64,000 nucleotides of DNA from Candidatus Omnitrophota bacterium (GTDB lineage Bacteria > Omnitrophota > Gorgyraeia > Zapsychrales > Fredricksoniimonadaceae): NCBI GenBank assembly GCA_044225175.1, contig JBGAJA010000001.1, forward strand, positions 206,114 through 270,113. The letters run 5' to 3'. Shown one piece after another: positions 1 to 9,620 of the stretch. Numbering within the stretch: position 1 is the first letter of the stretch; each line of letters opens with the position of its first letter. A program made the translations under genes and the position numbers. The notes under the pieces are model-generated. The model saw only the letters and a list, made by a program, of their open reading frames with translations, was not told where the DNA came from and made no database searches.

Positions 1-162
1 TTTTGAGAATGGAAAGATTGTTGAAATGTGGGATGTGGGACAACAAGTTCCTGAGAAGTCTCCTAATAAGAATGGGATGTTTTAATAGGATGGAAGAAGT
101 TGATGACCCAGATCTAGTTGACTGCTCTGGATAAATACAAAATCTTCAAGAGGAGAGTGTCT

Positions 163-522
163 ATGAAATACGTTGATGGATTTATCATTCCTGTTCCAAA
201 GAATAAGTTAGAAGTATACCGTCAGATGGCCAAGAAGGCCTCCAAGGTTTGGATGGAACATGGTGCTTTAGATTACAAGGAATGTGTCGCAGATGATGTG
301 AAGGTAGGTAAACGGACATCTTTCCCACAAAGCGTGAAGTTAAAGAGTGGAGAAACAGTCGTTTTTGCCTACATTGTCTATAAATCTCGTGCGCATCGTG
401 ACAGTGTGAATAAGAAGGTTATGAAGGATCCTAGGTTAATGGCTATGTGTGATCCCAAAAACCCTCCTTTTGATATGAAACGCATGTTCTTTGGTGGCTT
501 TAAGGTGATTGTTGAAGTTTAA
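163..522 (+). CDS. DUF1428-family protein (YbaA-like)
   Basis: The ORF tracker's ORF starts at 118. I place the start at the internal ATG at 163, preceded by aggagag, so the product begins MKYVDGFIIPVPK as DUF1428 proteins typically do. ~120 aa. Confidence 0.55.
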   Translation: MKYVDGFIIPVPKNKLEVYRQMAKKASKVWMEHGALDYKECVADDVKVGKRTSFPQSVKLKSGETVVFAYIVYKSRAHRDSVNKKVMKDPRLMAMCDPKNPPFDMKRMFFGGFKVIVEV

Positions 523-537
523 AAATAACTAATTAAA

Positions 538-571
538 GGGACGCAATACTTGAGATAAGTATTGTGTCCCC
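538..571 (+). terminator. Stem-loop after DUF1428 gene (gggacgcaatactt-gagat-aagtattgtgtccc), possible terminator
   Basis: 14-bp stem with one G·U pair, 5-nt loop, located right after the stop. There is no clean T-tract. It is followed by a direct repeat ccggaatca x2. Confidence 0.3.
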
Positions 572-658
572 GGAATCACCCGGAATCAAAGGGTTGAAAA
601 TTTTCGACTTCCCGATATATTTACGCTATACTTGAACGACTAACGAAAGGAACTATTT

Positions 659-859
659 ATGACTACAGTCAAAGAAATAGAGAAAGCCATCGCGGCATTG
701 CCAGATGAAAAGTTTTCCATCATAAGAGAATGGATTAATAAAGTTGATGAAATGCGTTGGGATAAGCAAATAGTTAAAGATTACAAAGCAGGGAAGCTTG
801 ATGCCATGATGGCTAAAGCGAAGGAAGACTATAAAAAGGGCAAATGTAAGCAATTATGA
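659..859 (+). CDS. Type II antitoxin-like small protein (addiction-module component)
   Basis: 66 aa, charged and helical. It overlaps the downstream RelE/ParE-like toxin gene by 4 bp (ATGA), the classic antitoxin–toxin arrangement. Confidence 0.5.
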   Translation: MTTVKEIEKAIAALPDEKFSIIREWINKVDEMRWDKQIVKDYKAGKLDAMMAKAKEDYKKGKCKQL

Positions 860-1119
860 AGCACAGCACTAATCCTACCTTTTGGAATTATTACCACAAA
901 CTTCCCCATTCAGTCCAAAAATTAGCTGACAAGAATTTTAGATTACTTGAAATCGATGAAAAACATCCTTCATTGCGCTTTAAGAGATTAATAGAAGATT
1001 TATGGTCTGTAAGAGTAGGGCAAGGATATCGAGCTTTAGGATCTATACAAGAAGATGGAAATATATTGTGGTTCTGGGTTGGTACGCATGCGGAATATGA
1101 CAAATTAATTAGAAAGTAA
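856..1119 (+). CDS. RelE/ParE-family type II toxin
   Basis: 87 aa. The pattern LRFKRL...WSVRVGQGYRALGSIQEDGNILWFWVGTHAEYDKL matches the RelE/ParE toxin fold signature. Translationally coupled to the upstream small ORF. Confidence 0.6.
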   Translation: MKHSTNPTFWNYYHKLPHSVQKLADKNFRLLEIDEKHPSLRFKRLIEDLWSVRVGQGYRALGSIQEDGNILWFWVGTHAEYDKLIRK

Positions 1120-1129
1120 TGTAAAGAAT

Positions 1130-2458
1130 ATGCGAATTATAGAATCAGAAAGTAAAAAAGTCTTTCTCGAGACCTACGGCTGTCAGATGAATGAGTACGA
1201 TTCTGAGCTTGTCCGGTCTATTCTCAAGAAGGAGAACTATGAGTTTGTTCTTCGGGAGAAGGAGGCGGATATTGTGATGCTCAACACGTGTGCTATTAGA
1301 GAGCATGCGCATCGGAAGATTTATGGACGTGTGCACCAGCTTCGGCATGATCGTAAGGGGAAGCCGGTGATGATTGGCTTGTTGGGGTGTATGGTGACGA
1401 ATTTGCGGCAGGAGTTGTTGGAAGATAAGTCTTTGAAGATTGACTTTATTGCTGGGCCAGACTCCTATAAGAGACTGCCGGATTTGATTCGTGAGGCGAC
1501 TGATGATGGGGAAAAGGGTTATGATGTCACCTTAAGTGAGTTTGAGACTTACTCTGACATTACCCCTTCGCGTAAAGAAGGGATTAATGCTTGGATTGCA
1601 ATCATGCGTGGGTGTAATAATTTCTGTACGTTTTGCGTTGTTCCATACACGCGTGGGCGTGAACGTAGTCGGGATCCTAAAAATATTGTAGAAGAGGTCG
1701 AACGATTGGCAGCTGAAGGTTTCAAGCAGGTCACTCTCTTAGGTCAGAATGTGAATTCCTATAAGTATGAAGACTACGACTTTGCTTATTTGATGGAAGA
1801 AGTAGCCAAGGTCAAGGGCATTGAACGCATTCGCTTTACATCACCTCATCCTAAGGACTATCCTGACCGATTCCTCGACGTGATGGCAGGCAATCCTAAG
1901 GTTTGCAAAAGCATCCATATTCCGCTTCAAGCAGGAAACAATCGTGTACTTGGTCTTATGGATCGCTCCTATACCAAAGAAGAATTCTTAGCGCTGGCTG
2001 AGAAAATGAAGAAACGCATTCCTGGCGTTACCCTCACCACAGATATCATTGTAGGATTTCCAACTGAAACTGATGAAGAATTTGCCGATACAATCGATGT
2101 AGTCCAAAAGGTTGGATTTGATGTGGCTTTCACATTTAAGTATTCTGAACGTAAGGGGACAATTGCGTCTAAGAAGTATCCTGACGACGTTTCCGAGGAG
2201 AAGAAAACAGAGCGCATCATGAAATTAATTGAAATTCAAAGGGCAATAACTTTAAAGAATAATCAAGCATACATAGGGCAAATTTGTGATATCTTAATTG
2301 AACCAGCTCTTGGGGAAAACGTTCAGCAGAATGTTGTTGGGCGTACAGATGGGAATCACCTGGTCATCCTACCTCAAGGGCCGTATAAAATAGGGGATAT
2401 CATCAAAGCCCGTATTACAGAAGCCACCCCGCATGTTTTAAAAGCTGTGCCGATTTAG
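1130..2458 (+). CDS. miaB: tRNA-2-methylthio-N6-dimethylallyladenosine synthase (radical SAM methylthiotransferase)
   Basis: N-terminal ETYGCQMNEYDSE motif, radical-SAM cysteine cluster CNNFCTFCVVP and a C-terminal TRAM-like region. 442 aa. Confidence 0.85.
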   Translation: MRIIESESKKVFLETYGCQMNEYDSELVRSILKKENYEFVLREKEADIVMLNTCAIREHAHRKIYGRVHQLRHDRKGKPVMIGLLGCMVTNLRQELLEDKSLKIDFIAGPDSYKRLPDLIREATDDGEKGYDVTLSEFETYSDITPSRKEGINAWIAIMRGCNNFCTFCVVPYTRGRERSRDPKNIVEEVERLAAEGFKQVTLLGQNVNSYKYEDYDFAYLMEEVAKVKGIERIRFTSPHPKDYPDRFLDVMAGNPKVCKSIHIPLQAGNNRVLGLMDRSYTKEEFLALAEKMKKRIPGVTLTTDIIVGFPTETDEEFADTIDVVQKVGFDVAFTFKYSERKGTIASKKYPDDVSEEKKTERIMKLIEIQRAITLKNNQAYIGQICDILIEPALGENVQQNVVGRTDGNHLVILPQGPYKIGDIIKARITEATPHVLKAVPI

Positions 2459-2494
2459 TTTTATAGTTATTGAAACGATAACGTTAGGAGAACG

Positions 2495-2896
2495 ATGAAA
2501 GCAAGGCATGTGGGGTTAAAGGGATTCTCTTTAGTAGAAATATTAATTGTTATTTCAATTCTTGCATTGCTGGCTTCTATTGCAATACCCAATTTGTTAA
2601 GATCAAAAGTTGCGGCTAATGATGCCTTAGCTAAGTCTGTATTAAAGGCTATTTCATCAGCAGCTGAGATCTACTCCACTTCTAATGCAGGTAACTATCC
2701 TGAAGATCAAGATTCTCTAACAAATCCCATTCCAGCCTATCTAACACAACATTATTGTGGACAATCCATCTCTGGTTTTGATTATGAATGTAATTTCGGT
2801 GCATCTAATTACTCGATTGTTGCGACTCCTACAAAACTCGGTAGTTCAGGAACCACCACATATACAGTGACAACCGGAGGGGTATTAACACCGTAA
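2495..2896 (+). CDS. Prepilin-type N-terminal cleavage/methylation domain protein (type IV pilin or pseudopilin)
   Basis: KGFSLVEILIVISILALLASIAIP is the class III signal peptide G|FxLxE followed by a hydrophobic helix. Confidence 0.75.
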   Translation: MKARHVGLKGFSLVEILIVISILALLASIAIPNLLRSKVAANDALAKSVLKAISSAAEIYSTSNAGNYPEDQDSLTNPIPAYLTQHYCGQSISGFDYECNFGASNYSIVATPTKLGSSGTTTYTVTTGGVLTP

Positions 2897-2976
2897 TATA
2901 TCAATTAGCCCCATTAAGTATCTCTGCAATCCAATTCTTGCTAAACCAAATAATGTAATATATATTATCCCTTCAT

Positions 2977-4023
2977 ATGCTAAAAACAGTCATTACAGCC
3001 CAACAGCTTTTCGATAAGCTCAAGAATATCAAACTTGGGGGCCAAACTTGTGTGTATTCTTTGAAGAAATGCGAAGAATTTGTGCCCTTAATCAATGAAA
3101 TCAATGAGCTTAAGGAGCAAAAGAACGCCGTTATTCTGACTCACTCCTACATTTCCCCTGAAATTGTCTATGGAGTCAGTGATTTTGTGGGGGATTCCTA
3201 CAAATTAAGTAAAGATGCCCTTAGCACCACAGCTAAAACAATTGTCTTTGTAGCTGTGCGGTTTATGGGTGAAACCGCCAAAATCCTCAATCCTGAGAAA
3301 GAAGTTTTGATTCCCGCGGTCTTAGATGGCTGCACCTTGGCAGACTCAATTAATGCCCAACAAGTGCGTGATTTACGTAAACAATATCCAGATCATACCT
3401 TCGTCTGTTACATCAATACCTCTGCTGAAGTAAAGGCGGAATGTGATGTCTGTGTGACATCCGCAAATGTCTATACTATCGTTGAAAATATCCCTAATGA
3501 AAAAATATATTTCCTGCCCGATAAATACATGGGGGAGAACCTGAAAAATGAAATGGCCAAGCGAGGCGTTAAGAAAGATATCCAATACTACAGCGGCGTT
3601 TGTTATGTTCATGAAGAATACAATATTGAAGACATTTTGAAGATCCGCTTGGAATATCCAGATGCCAAGATTGTTAGTCATCCTGAATGCAATTCTGTGG
3701 TTGTAGAACACTCTGACTTTGTTGGTTCAACTGAACAAATGTTGGATTATATGCGTACAGCTAAGACGCAGGAATACTTGATGTTAACCGAGTGTGGGCT
3801 TTCCAGCCGTTTGCAGGTGGAGTTTCCTGACAAGAAGTTAGTGGGCAGCTGCACCATGTGCAAGTATATGAAATCTAACTCTCTTAAAGATGTCTTAAGA
3901 GTTTTAAAGAACCCAACAGATCGCGATCGTGTGATTATTGCTGAAGATGTACGCCTGCGTGCCCTTAAATGCATTGAGGCTATGTTTAAGTATAATGAAA
4001 CTAAAATGTCAGCCAAAGGCTGA
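2977..4023 (+). CDS. nadA: Quinolinate synthase A
   Basis: 348 aa. NadA-like three-repeat architecture with VILTHSY..., FVCYINTSAEVKAECDVCVTSAN and the conserved Cys ligands. Confidence 0.8.
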   Translation: MLKTVITAQQLFDKLKNIKLGGQTCVYSLKKCEEFVPLINEINELKEQKNAVILTHSYISPEIVYGVSDFVGDSYKLSKDALSTTAKTIVFVAVRFMGETAKILNPEKEVLIPAVLDGCTLADSINAQQVRDLRKQYPDHTFVCYINTSAEVKAECDVCVTSANVYTIVENIPNEKIYFLPDKYMGENLKNEMAKRGVKKDIQYYSGVCYVHEEYNIEDILKIRLEYPDAKIVSHPECNSVVVEHSDFVGSTEQMLDYMRTAKTQEYLMLTECGLSSRLQVEFPDKKLVGSCTMCKYMKSNSLKDVLRVLKNPTDRDRVIIAEDVRLRALKCIEAMFKYNETKMSAKG

Positions 4024-4050
4024 TCAGCCTTCGGCTGAAGTCAATAAACA

Positions 4051-5151
4051 ATGAATAATCAATTCATCGAAACCCAATATTTCACATTCAATGAACTTGT
4101 CCTCAAAAGCGGGGTCAAATTAGGCCCCATTACGCTTGCTTACGAAACATACGGTAAGCTCAATGCAGACAAGTCGAATGCCATTCTTATCTTCCATGCT
4201 TTAACGGGAGATGCTAATGCCGCAGGACAGCATAAAGATACTAAGACGCCAGGCTGGTGGGATCCTATGATTGGCCCTGCACGTGCGTTTGATACGGATA
4301 AATATTTTATTATTTGCGCTAATGTGATTGGCGGCTGCAAGGGTTCAACCGGACCATCTTCACCTAATCCCGCGACGGGAAAACCTTATGGAATGAGTTT
4401 TCCTGTAATTACAATTCAAGACATGGTTGAATCTCAAAAGAAGTTGATTGATCATTTAGGGATCAAGAAGCTGCTGTCTGTAGCTGGTGGATCAATGGGT
4501 GGGCTTATGGCCTTAGATTGGTCCGTACGTTTTCCAGATACAGTGGAATCAGCTATTTTAATTGCGGCCAATTATAAACACACCGCTCAGCAAATTGCTT
4601 TGCATGAAGTAGCGCGCCAAGCCATTATGTCAGACCCTAATTGGAACAAAGGCGATTATTACGGCAAAGAACTTCCCGCTCAGGGAATGGCTGTGTCACG
4701 GATGATTGGTCACATCACATATATGAGCGAAAAATCCATGGAAGAGAAATTTGGCCGTAAATTGCAGGGCAAAGAGAAGGTGGGTTATGACTTTTCGCAT
4801 GATTTTGAAGTAGAAAGTTATCTGCGTTATCGAGGTGCCAGCTTTGTTCAGCGTTTTGATGCGAACAGCTATCTTTATCTATCAAAGGCTTTGGATTATT
4901 TTGATCTAAGTGAAGATCAAGAGCTATCGAAGGTCTTTAAGGCAATCAAATCCAAGATTTTGATTATTACATTCACATCTGACTGGCTGTATCCTTCGTA
5001 TCAAAGTAAGGATATGGTCAAAGCGATGAAGGGTAATGATGTGGATGTCTCTTTCGTTGAAATCACGACTAACTATGGGCATGATTCATTTTTGGTTGAG
5101 ATTGAGGGTCAGTCGAAATTGGTGAGTCATTTTTTAAATAACGTAAGGTAG
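4051..5151 (+). CDS. metX: Homoserine O-acetyltransferase
   Basis: Alpha/beta hydrolase with nucleophile elbow GGSMGG. 366 aa. Immediately followed by metW. Confidence 0.85.
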   Translation: MNNQFIETQYFTFNELVLKSGVKLGPITLAYETYGKLNADKSNAILIFHALTGDANAAGQHKDTKTPGWWDPMIGPARAFDTDKYFIICANVIGGCKGSTGPSSPNPATGKPYGMSFPVITIQDMVESQKKLIDHLGIKKLLSVAGGSMGGLMALDWSVRFPDTVESAILIAANYKHTAQQIALHEVARQAIMSDPNWNKGDYYGKELPAQGMAVSRMIGHITYMSEKSMEEKFGRKLQGKEKVGYDFSHDFEVESYLRYRGASFVQRFDANSYLYLSKALDYFDLSEDQELSKVFKAIKSKILIITFTSDWLYPSYQSKDMVKAMKGNDVDVSFVEITTNYGHDSFLVEIEGQSKLVSHFLNNVR

Positions 5152-5160
5152 GGGCACGGC

Positions 5161-5775
5161 ATGCCGCGCCCGTACGGGAATGATATGCAAAATATCCGCA
5201 CTGATCACAAATATATCCTAGAAATGGTTGAACCCAACAGCAGTGTTTTAGATTTAGGCTGTGGGGATGGCACATTGCTTTGGTATTTAAAGACCCAAAA
5301 GGGCTGCCGTGTCACTGGTATTGAAATTGACGAAAAGCAGATCTACAGCTGTGTTGAACGAGGGGTGACTGTTTCTCATGGGGATGTGGATTCGGGATTG
5401 AGAGACTATTCTGACAAACGCTTTGACTATGTGATTTTAAATGAAAGTCTCCAGGAAATCTTGCATCCAGAGAAAGTCATTATGGAAGCGCTTCGTGTAG
5501 GCAAGAAGGTCATTGTAGGGATTCCTAACTTTTGTAACATCATAGCTCGTCTTCAGATTTTCTTCCTGGGAAAGGTCCCTGTGACTAAAGGCTTGCCGTA
5601 TACCTGGTACAATACGCCTAACTTGAGGTTCTTAAGTATTAAAGACTTCCGCGAATTTTGCAGTGCCCGTAACATCACCATTCAACGCGAACGTGCTATT
5701 GGCAACAACGGTGAAATTTTCGTTTGGCGAAATCTGTTTGCTAATACATCCATTTTTTTAATTAGTAAAATTTAG
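5161..5775 (+). CDS. metW: Methionine biosynthesis protein MetW (methyltransferase-like)
   Basis: SAM-binding motif LDLGCGDG. ~200 aa. Conserved metX–metW adjacency. Confidence 0.8.
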   Translation: MPRPYGNDMQNIRTDHKYILEMVEPNSSVLDLGCGDGTLLWYLKTQKGCRVTGIEIDEKQIYSCVERGVTVSHGDVDSGLRDYSDKRFDYVILNESLQEILHPEKVIMEALRVGKKVIVGIPNFCNIIARLQIFFLGKVPVTKGLPYTWYNTPNLRFLSIKDFREFCSARNITIQRERAIGNNGEIFVWRNLFANTSIFLISKI

Positions 5776-5862
5776 AAGATTGCTCACACCACTTTGATTT
5801 GCAAATCAAAACTTTTGCGTATAAGCTTTTAGTAGAAGAATTCCTTACTTAGAAAGGTCATT

Positions 5863-8800
5863 ATGAGAAATATATTAAGGCTTACTGTATCGATCTTATT
5901 TTATTTTGTTCTAATTTCTACTGTTGTCTATGCAGAAGATCTTACAAGGTTTGTTCTTTCCAGTAGTAAGCAATCAGAAATTCAAAGTCCTTTCGAAAAT
6001 AAGATAATCCCTTTCTCAAAAGCAATTGAACCTAAGTATCATGCCAATCGTGTGTTAGTGAAATTTAGAGATGGTAATTTCGATACTCGAACACAGATTG
6101 AGAATTATTTAAAACCTACCTTAAATGCAACGGTTAAGCGATTATTTGTTCGAGATGAGTCTACGTTGGCTGCCAAGAATTTCTTAATTGAGAAATCCAC
6201 CAAAGCATTAAAAAATAAAAATTTTTCTCCAATTGCTTCAATAAATGGACCAGAGGTCCTTGCTAACTGGTATATTCTAGAATTACCCAAGGACACGAAT
6301 GTTCAAAGTGTTATTAATCAATTAAAAAAGGATGCTAATGTTGAAGCTGTTGAAGTTGATCAAACAATGAAAGCTGCCTCTATTCCTAATGATCCGATGT
6401 ATCCTCAACTTTGGGCCATGCCTAAAATCCATGCAGATGCTGCCTGGGATATTACTCAAGGTGAGGGTGTTATTATTGCCGAGGTAGATATGGGAATTGA
6501 TTATAATCATCCCGATCTTGCTGCCAGTATGTGGACTAACCCTGAAGATGGAAGCCATGGATGGAATTTTATCGACAACAATAACATGCCTTTGGATGAC
6601 GGTAGTTATGGTATAGCTGGTCATGGTACCTTTGTTGCTGGAATCATGGCTGCAACTATCAATAATAATATAGGAGTGGTAGGGATTGCGCCAAAATCCA
6701 AACTTATGGCGATAAAGGCATTGGATACATATGGTCAGGGAGATGTTTCAAATATAGCTAATGGAATTGTTTATGCTGCCATGAATGGAGCTAAGGTTAT
6801 TAACAATAGCTGGGAATGCCCAAATGGATGTGAAAGTGCACATATTCCTGTTTTGGAAGATGCCATACGAGTGGCTTATGGGATGGGAGTGACGATTGTT
6901 GTTTCAGCAGGTAATCATGAATCCGACACCAAGAATTTTAATCCCCAGAACATGGTAGAAACAATAAAAGTGGCAGATACCGATATCAATGATCAAAGAG
7001 GTCTATATTCTAATTATAGTGACCAAATGGATGTTGCTGCTCCAGGAGAACATATCTTTTCTACCTTTCGTAATAATGGTTATACCGTTGGAGATGGGAC
7101 ATCTTTTTCCGCACCACTTGTATCTGGATTAGCTGCGTTGATTTTGTCTGTGCACCCAAATTTTACGAATGAGCAAGTTAGACAGGTGATCCGGATGTCT
7201 GCAGATGACATTTTGGCTCCTGGCTGGGATAAAGAGTCGGGATTTGGCCGTATCAATGCAATCAAGGCTCTTAATATTCAGGATATTTGTACAGCTCAGA
7301 TTCAGTCTATTACACCTGTCGATGGTTCAAACAATACAAAGTTTCAAATCAATTATTCTGTCACTGGACAGAATTTTTCATCGTATAAAATTTCAAAGAA
7401 GGGAGAGGGGGATTCAAGCTGGGTCGATATCTATTCATCTCATGCGCCAATCCTAAATGGAAAAACAACCCTACCTCTTTCTGCTAGTTTTATTGGAACT
7501 TTAATCAGAGTTCAAGGAGTAGGATCAAATAATCAAAAATGTGAAGATATTAACATGATACGACATCCAAGTGTCCGTTTTACCTACCCTTTAGATAAAG
7601 GATATATCACAAATGACACTGTAGACATTAGAGGTAAGATTACCGGGGACAATTTTTCTGAATATCAATTAATGGTTGATAACAATATTGTTTTAGATCA
7701 TCAAAAGACTCCGGTTAATGACGGCATCATTGGTCAGGTCAATGCTGCTCAGCTAGATCCTTCTGTCGCCCACACGCTGACATTAAATGTCAAAACTAAA
7801 CAAGGAACCGTCATTACTCAAAAGATTAATGTTAAAGTCATTCCAAATAATGTTCATGGATGGCCTATGCAATTAAGTTCTGAATTCTATGGATTACTAT
7901 ATCCTCACTTTGCTGTCATTTCTCCCATTGTGAGTGATATCGATTTAGATGGTAAGAAAGATGTTGTCACAGCAGGTTTAAATAATTGGCCTCCTTATGG
8001 GACGACGGTAGCTATTAATGCCGATGGGACCCTGCGTTCTGGTTGGCCTGCTCCACTACAGGGAACAATTGTAAGTGTTGGTAATGTTACAGGAGATGCA
8101 AAGCTGGAAACCGTGGTCGTTTCAATTCCAGATTGGAATCTTCCAATACATTTAGCTTCCTTGTATGTCCTTGATCAGCAAGGCCATGTTTTGCCGGGCT
8201 GGCCAAAGGATTTAGGCACTAGTCCATTTTTTAGTTCATTGATGGTTACAGATCTAGATAAGTCTGGCTTAAGTAAGATTATTGTAGGAAAAATTAGAAG
8301 TCCTTCTCAGGGCACCGAAGAGATTGATGTTTTTAATGGAGATGGGACAATGGCTCAAGGGTGGCCTAAGGTATTAACTACTCTTACTGGGTCGGTTAAT
8401 CTTGTATTGGCAGTTGGAGACATTCTGGGTGATGGTAATAAAGAAATAATATCAGCAGATAAAAACTCTCCTTATGATCCACCACCTCAGGAAATTATTA
8501 GGATTTTTGATGCTTACGGGAATCAATTAAATACGATTACTTTTGAAGGGAACTTACAGACTCAAATTGTATTAGGAGATATTGATCATGATGGCCATAA
8601 AGAGATTATTTTTGGGGCTCATACTTCTCCAGGGGTAGCCAAGATTTATGTATTAAGACCAGATGGCTCATCTTTGCCTGGTTTTCCAGTTCAACTACCT
8701 AATAATCTTAAATATCCTTCAGGAATAGCCTTAGGTGATTTTGATGGAAATGGAATGCTGGGAATTGTTATTCAAACACGAGATATTAGTTCTAATAGTT

Positions 8801-9273
8801 CTCGCAATGCGCTGATTGTATTTGATCATAATGGTCAAATCAGATCAGGATGGCCGTTTATTTGGCCAACGCAACCAAAGGCTTATGGAGGAACCCGCCT
8901 AGCCGTAGGGGATATTAATGGAGATGGTCGCACAGATATTTTGGCGTTACAAGATTACACTAATAGTGTAGGGCTTTATGCATGGGACGATCATGGTACA
9001 GTTTTATCAGGATTTCCTTTGTCCTTAGGTAGTCAATACGCACCATGGGGGCCATCATTAACTGATTTAAATAATGACAGAAAGATTGATATTCTTCTTT
9101 CTGATGCAAATGGTGAGATTTGGGCGTATAGTCCATTTAAAGCTAATTTCGATCCAAGAAAGATCTATTGGCCACAAGATGGTTTTGACGCCGGCCATAC
9201 ATATGATTTTGAATTACCCTCCAAGATTAAACCCATAGCTAGGAAACAAAACTGCCACGGCTCTAATTGCTAA
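5863..9273 (+). CDS. Secreted subtilisin-like serine peptidase (S8) with C-terminal FG-GAP/VCBS-like repeat β-propeller region
   Basis: Signal peptide. Catalytic triad motifs DMGIDYNHPDL (Asp), HGTFVAGIMAA (His) and GTSFSAPLVSGLAAL (Ser). The C-terminal ~500 aa carries repeated GDxDGDG/GDINGDG calcium-binding-like motifs. Confidence 0.8.
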   Translation: MRNILRLTVSILFYFVLISTVVYAEDLTRFVLSSSKQSEIQSPFENKIIPFSKAIEPKYHANRVLVKFRDGNFDTRTQIENYLKPTLNATVKRLFVRDESTLAAKNFLIEKSTKALKNKNFSPIASINGPEVLANWYILELPKDTNVQSVINQLKKDANVEAVEVDQTMKAASIPNDPMYPQLWAMPKIHADAAWDITQGEGVIIAEVDMGIDYNHPDLAASMWTNPEDGSHGWNFIDNNNMPLDDGSYGIAGHGTFVAGIMAATINNNIGVVGIAPKSKLMAIKALDTYGQGDVSNIANGIVYAAMNGAKVINNSWECPNGCESAHIPVLEDAIRVAYGMGVTIVVSAGNHESDTKNFNPQNMVETIKVADTDINDQRGLYSNYSDQMDVAAPGEHIFSTFRNNGYTVGDGTSFSAPLVSGLAALILSVHPNFTNEQVRQVIRMSADDILAPGWDKESGFGRINAIKALNIQDICTAQIQSITPVDGSNNTKFQINYSVTGQNFSSYKISKKGEGDSSWVDIYSSHAPILNGKTTLPLSASFIGTLIRVQGVGSNNQKCEDINMIRHPSVRFTYPLDKGYITNDTVDIRGKITGDNFSEYQLMVDNNIVLDHQKTPVNDGIIGQVNAAQLDPSVAHTLTLNVKTKQGTVITQKINVKVIPNNVHGWPMQLSSEFYGLLYPHFAVISPIVSDIDLDGKKDVVTAGLNNWPPYGTTVAINADGTLRSGWPAPLQGTIVSVGNVTGDAKLETVVVSIPDWNLPIHLASLYVLDQQGHVLPGWPKDLGTSPFFSSLMVTDLDKSGLSKIIVGKIRSPSQGTEEIDVFNGDGTMAQGWPKVLTTLTGSVNLVLAVGDILGDGNKEIISADKNSPYDPPPQEIIRIFDAYGNQLNTITFEGNLQTQIVLGDIDHDGHKEIIFGAHTSPGVAKIYVLRPDGSSLPGFPVQLPNNLKYPSGIALGDFDGNGMLGIVIQTRDISSNSSRNALIVFDHNGQIRSGWPFIWPTQPKAYGGTRLAVGDINGDGRTDILALQDYTNSVGLYAWDDHGTVLSGFPLSLGSQYAPWGPSLTDLNNDRKIDILLSDANGEIWAYSPFKANFDPRKIYWPQDGFDAGHTYDFELPSKIKPIARKQNCHGSNC

Positions 9274-9280
9274 GGACATA

Positions 9281-9336
9281 AAAACAGGGTCAACTCCCAT
9301 TTTCTAAAGAAAATAGGGAGTTGACCCTGTTTTTTT
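9281..9336. terminator. Bidirectional rho-independent terminator between convergent genes
   Basis: Perfect 14-bp stem cagggtcaactccc / gggagttgaccctg, flanked by aaaa and ttttttt. Confidence 0.8.
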
Positions 9337-9562
9337 AGGATTGGATTTTATTATGGGTGCCGTCGCAAAAGGGTTTTTTGCTGCTCATTTGGCAGCCGCA
9401 CCAGGAAATGACTTGCTCATCTTCTATATAGGCCATGATGGGGCGGATCGTAGTGGAAGCGTGGCTGCCATCACAAAAAGGGGCTTTCTTGGATAGCCCA
9501 CAGGCACACCACACGTAACTTCCAGGCTTCATCTTGAGGATATAGGGACCATTCTGTGACAT
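9335..9562 (-). CDS. CDGSH iron-sulfur domain protein (two CDGSH motifs)
   Basis: Contains CDGSHASTT and CDGTHNKIQS motifs. I trimmed the ORF to the internal start MSQNGPY, because the longer ORF-tracker ORF overlaps the lhgO start region. Confidence 0.7.
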   Translation of the reverse strand: MSQNGPYILKMKPGSYVWCACGLSKKAPFCDGSHASTTIRPIMAYIEDEQVISWCGCQMSSKKPFCDGTHNKIQS

Positions 9563-9620
9563 GGGTTGTATTATATATTTTCTCATTGCTTTTGCACGAT
9601 GAATCCTTAAAATAAGCCAA

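Noticed and set aside
4016-4040. Palindrome aaggctgatcagcctt with a second hairpin cagccttcggctg at the nadA stop, considered as a terminator
   Set aside because: No T-tract, and metX starts 27 nt later in an apparent operon.
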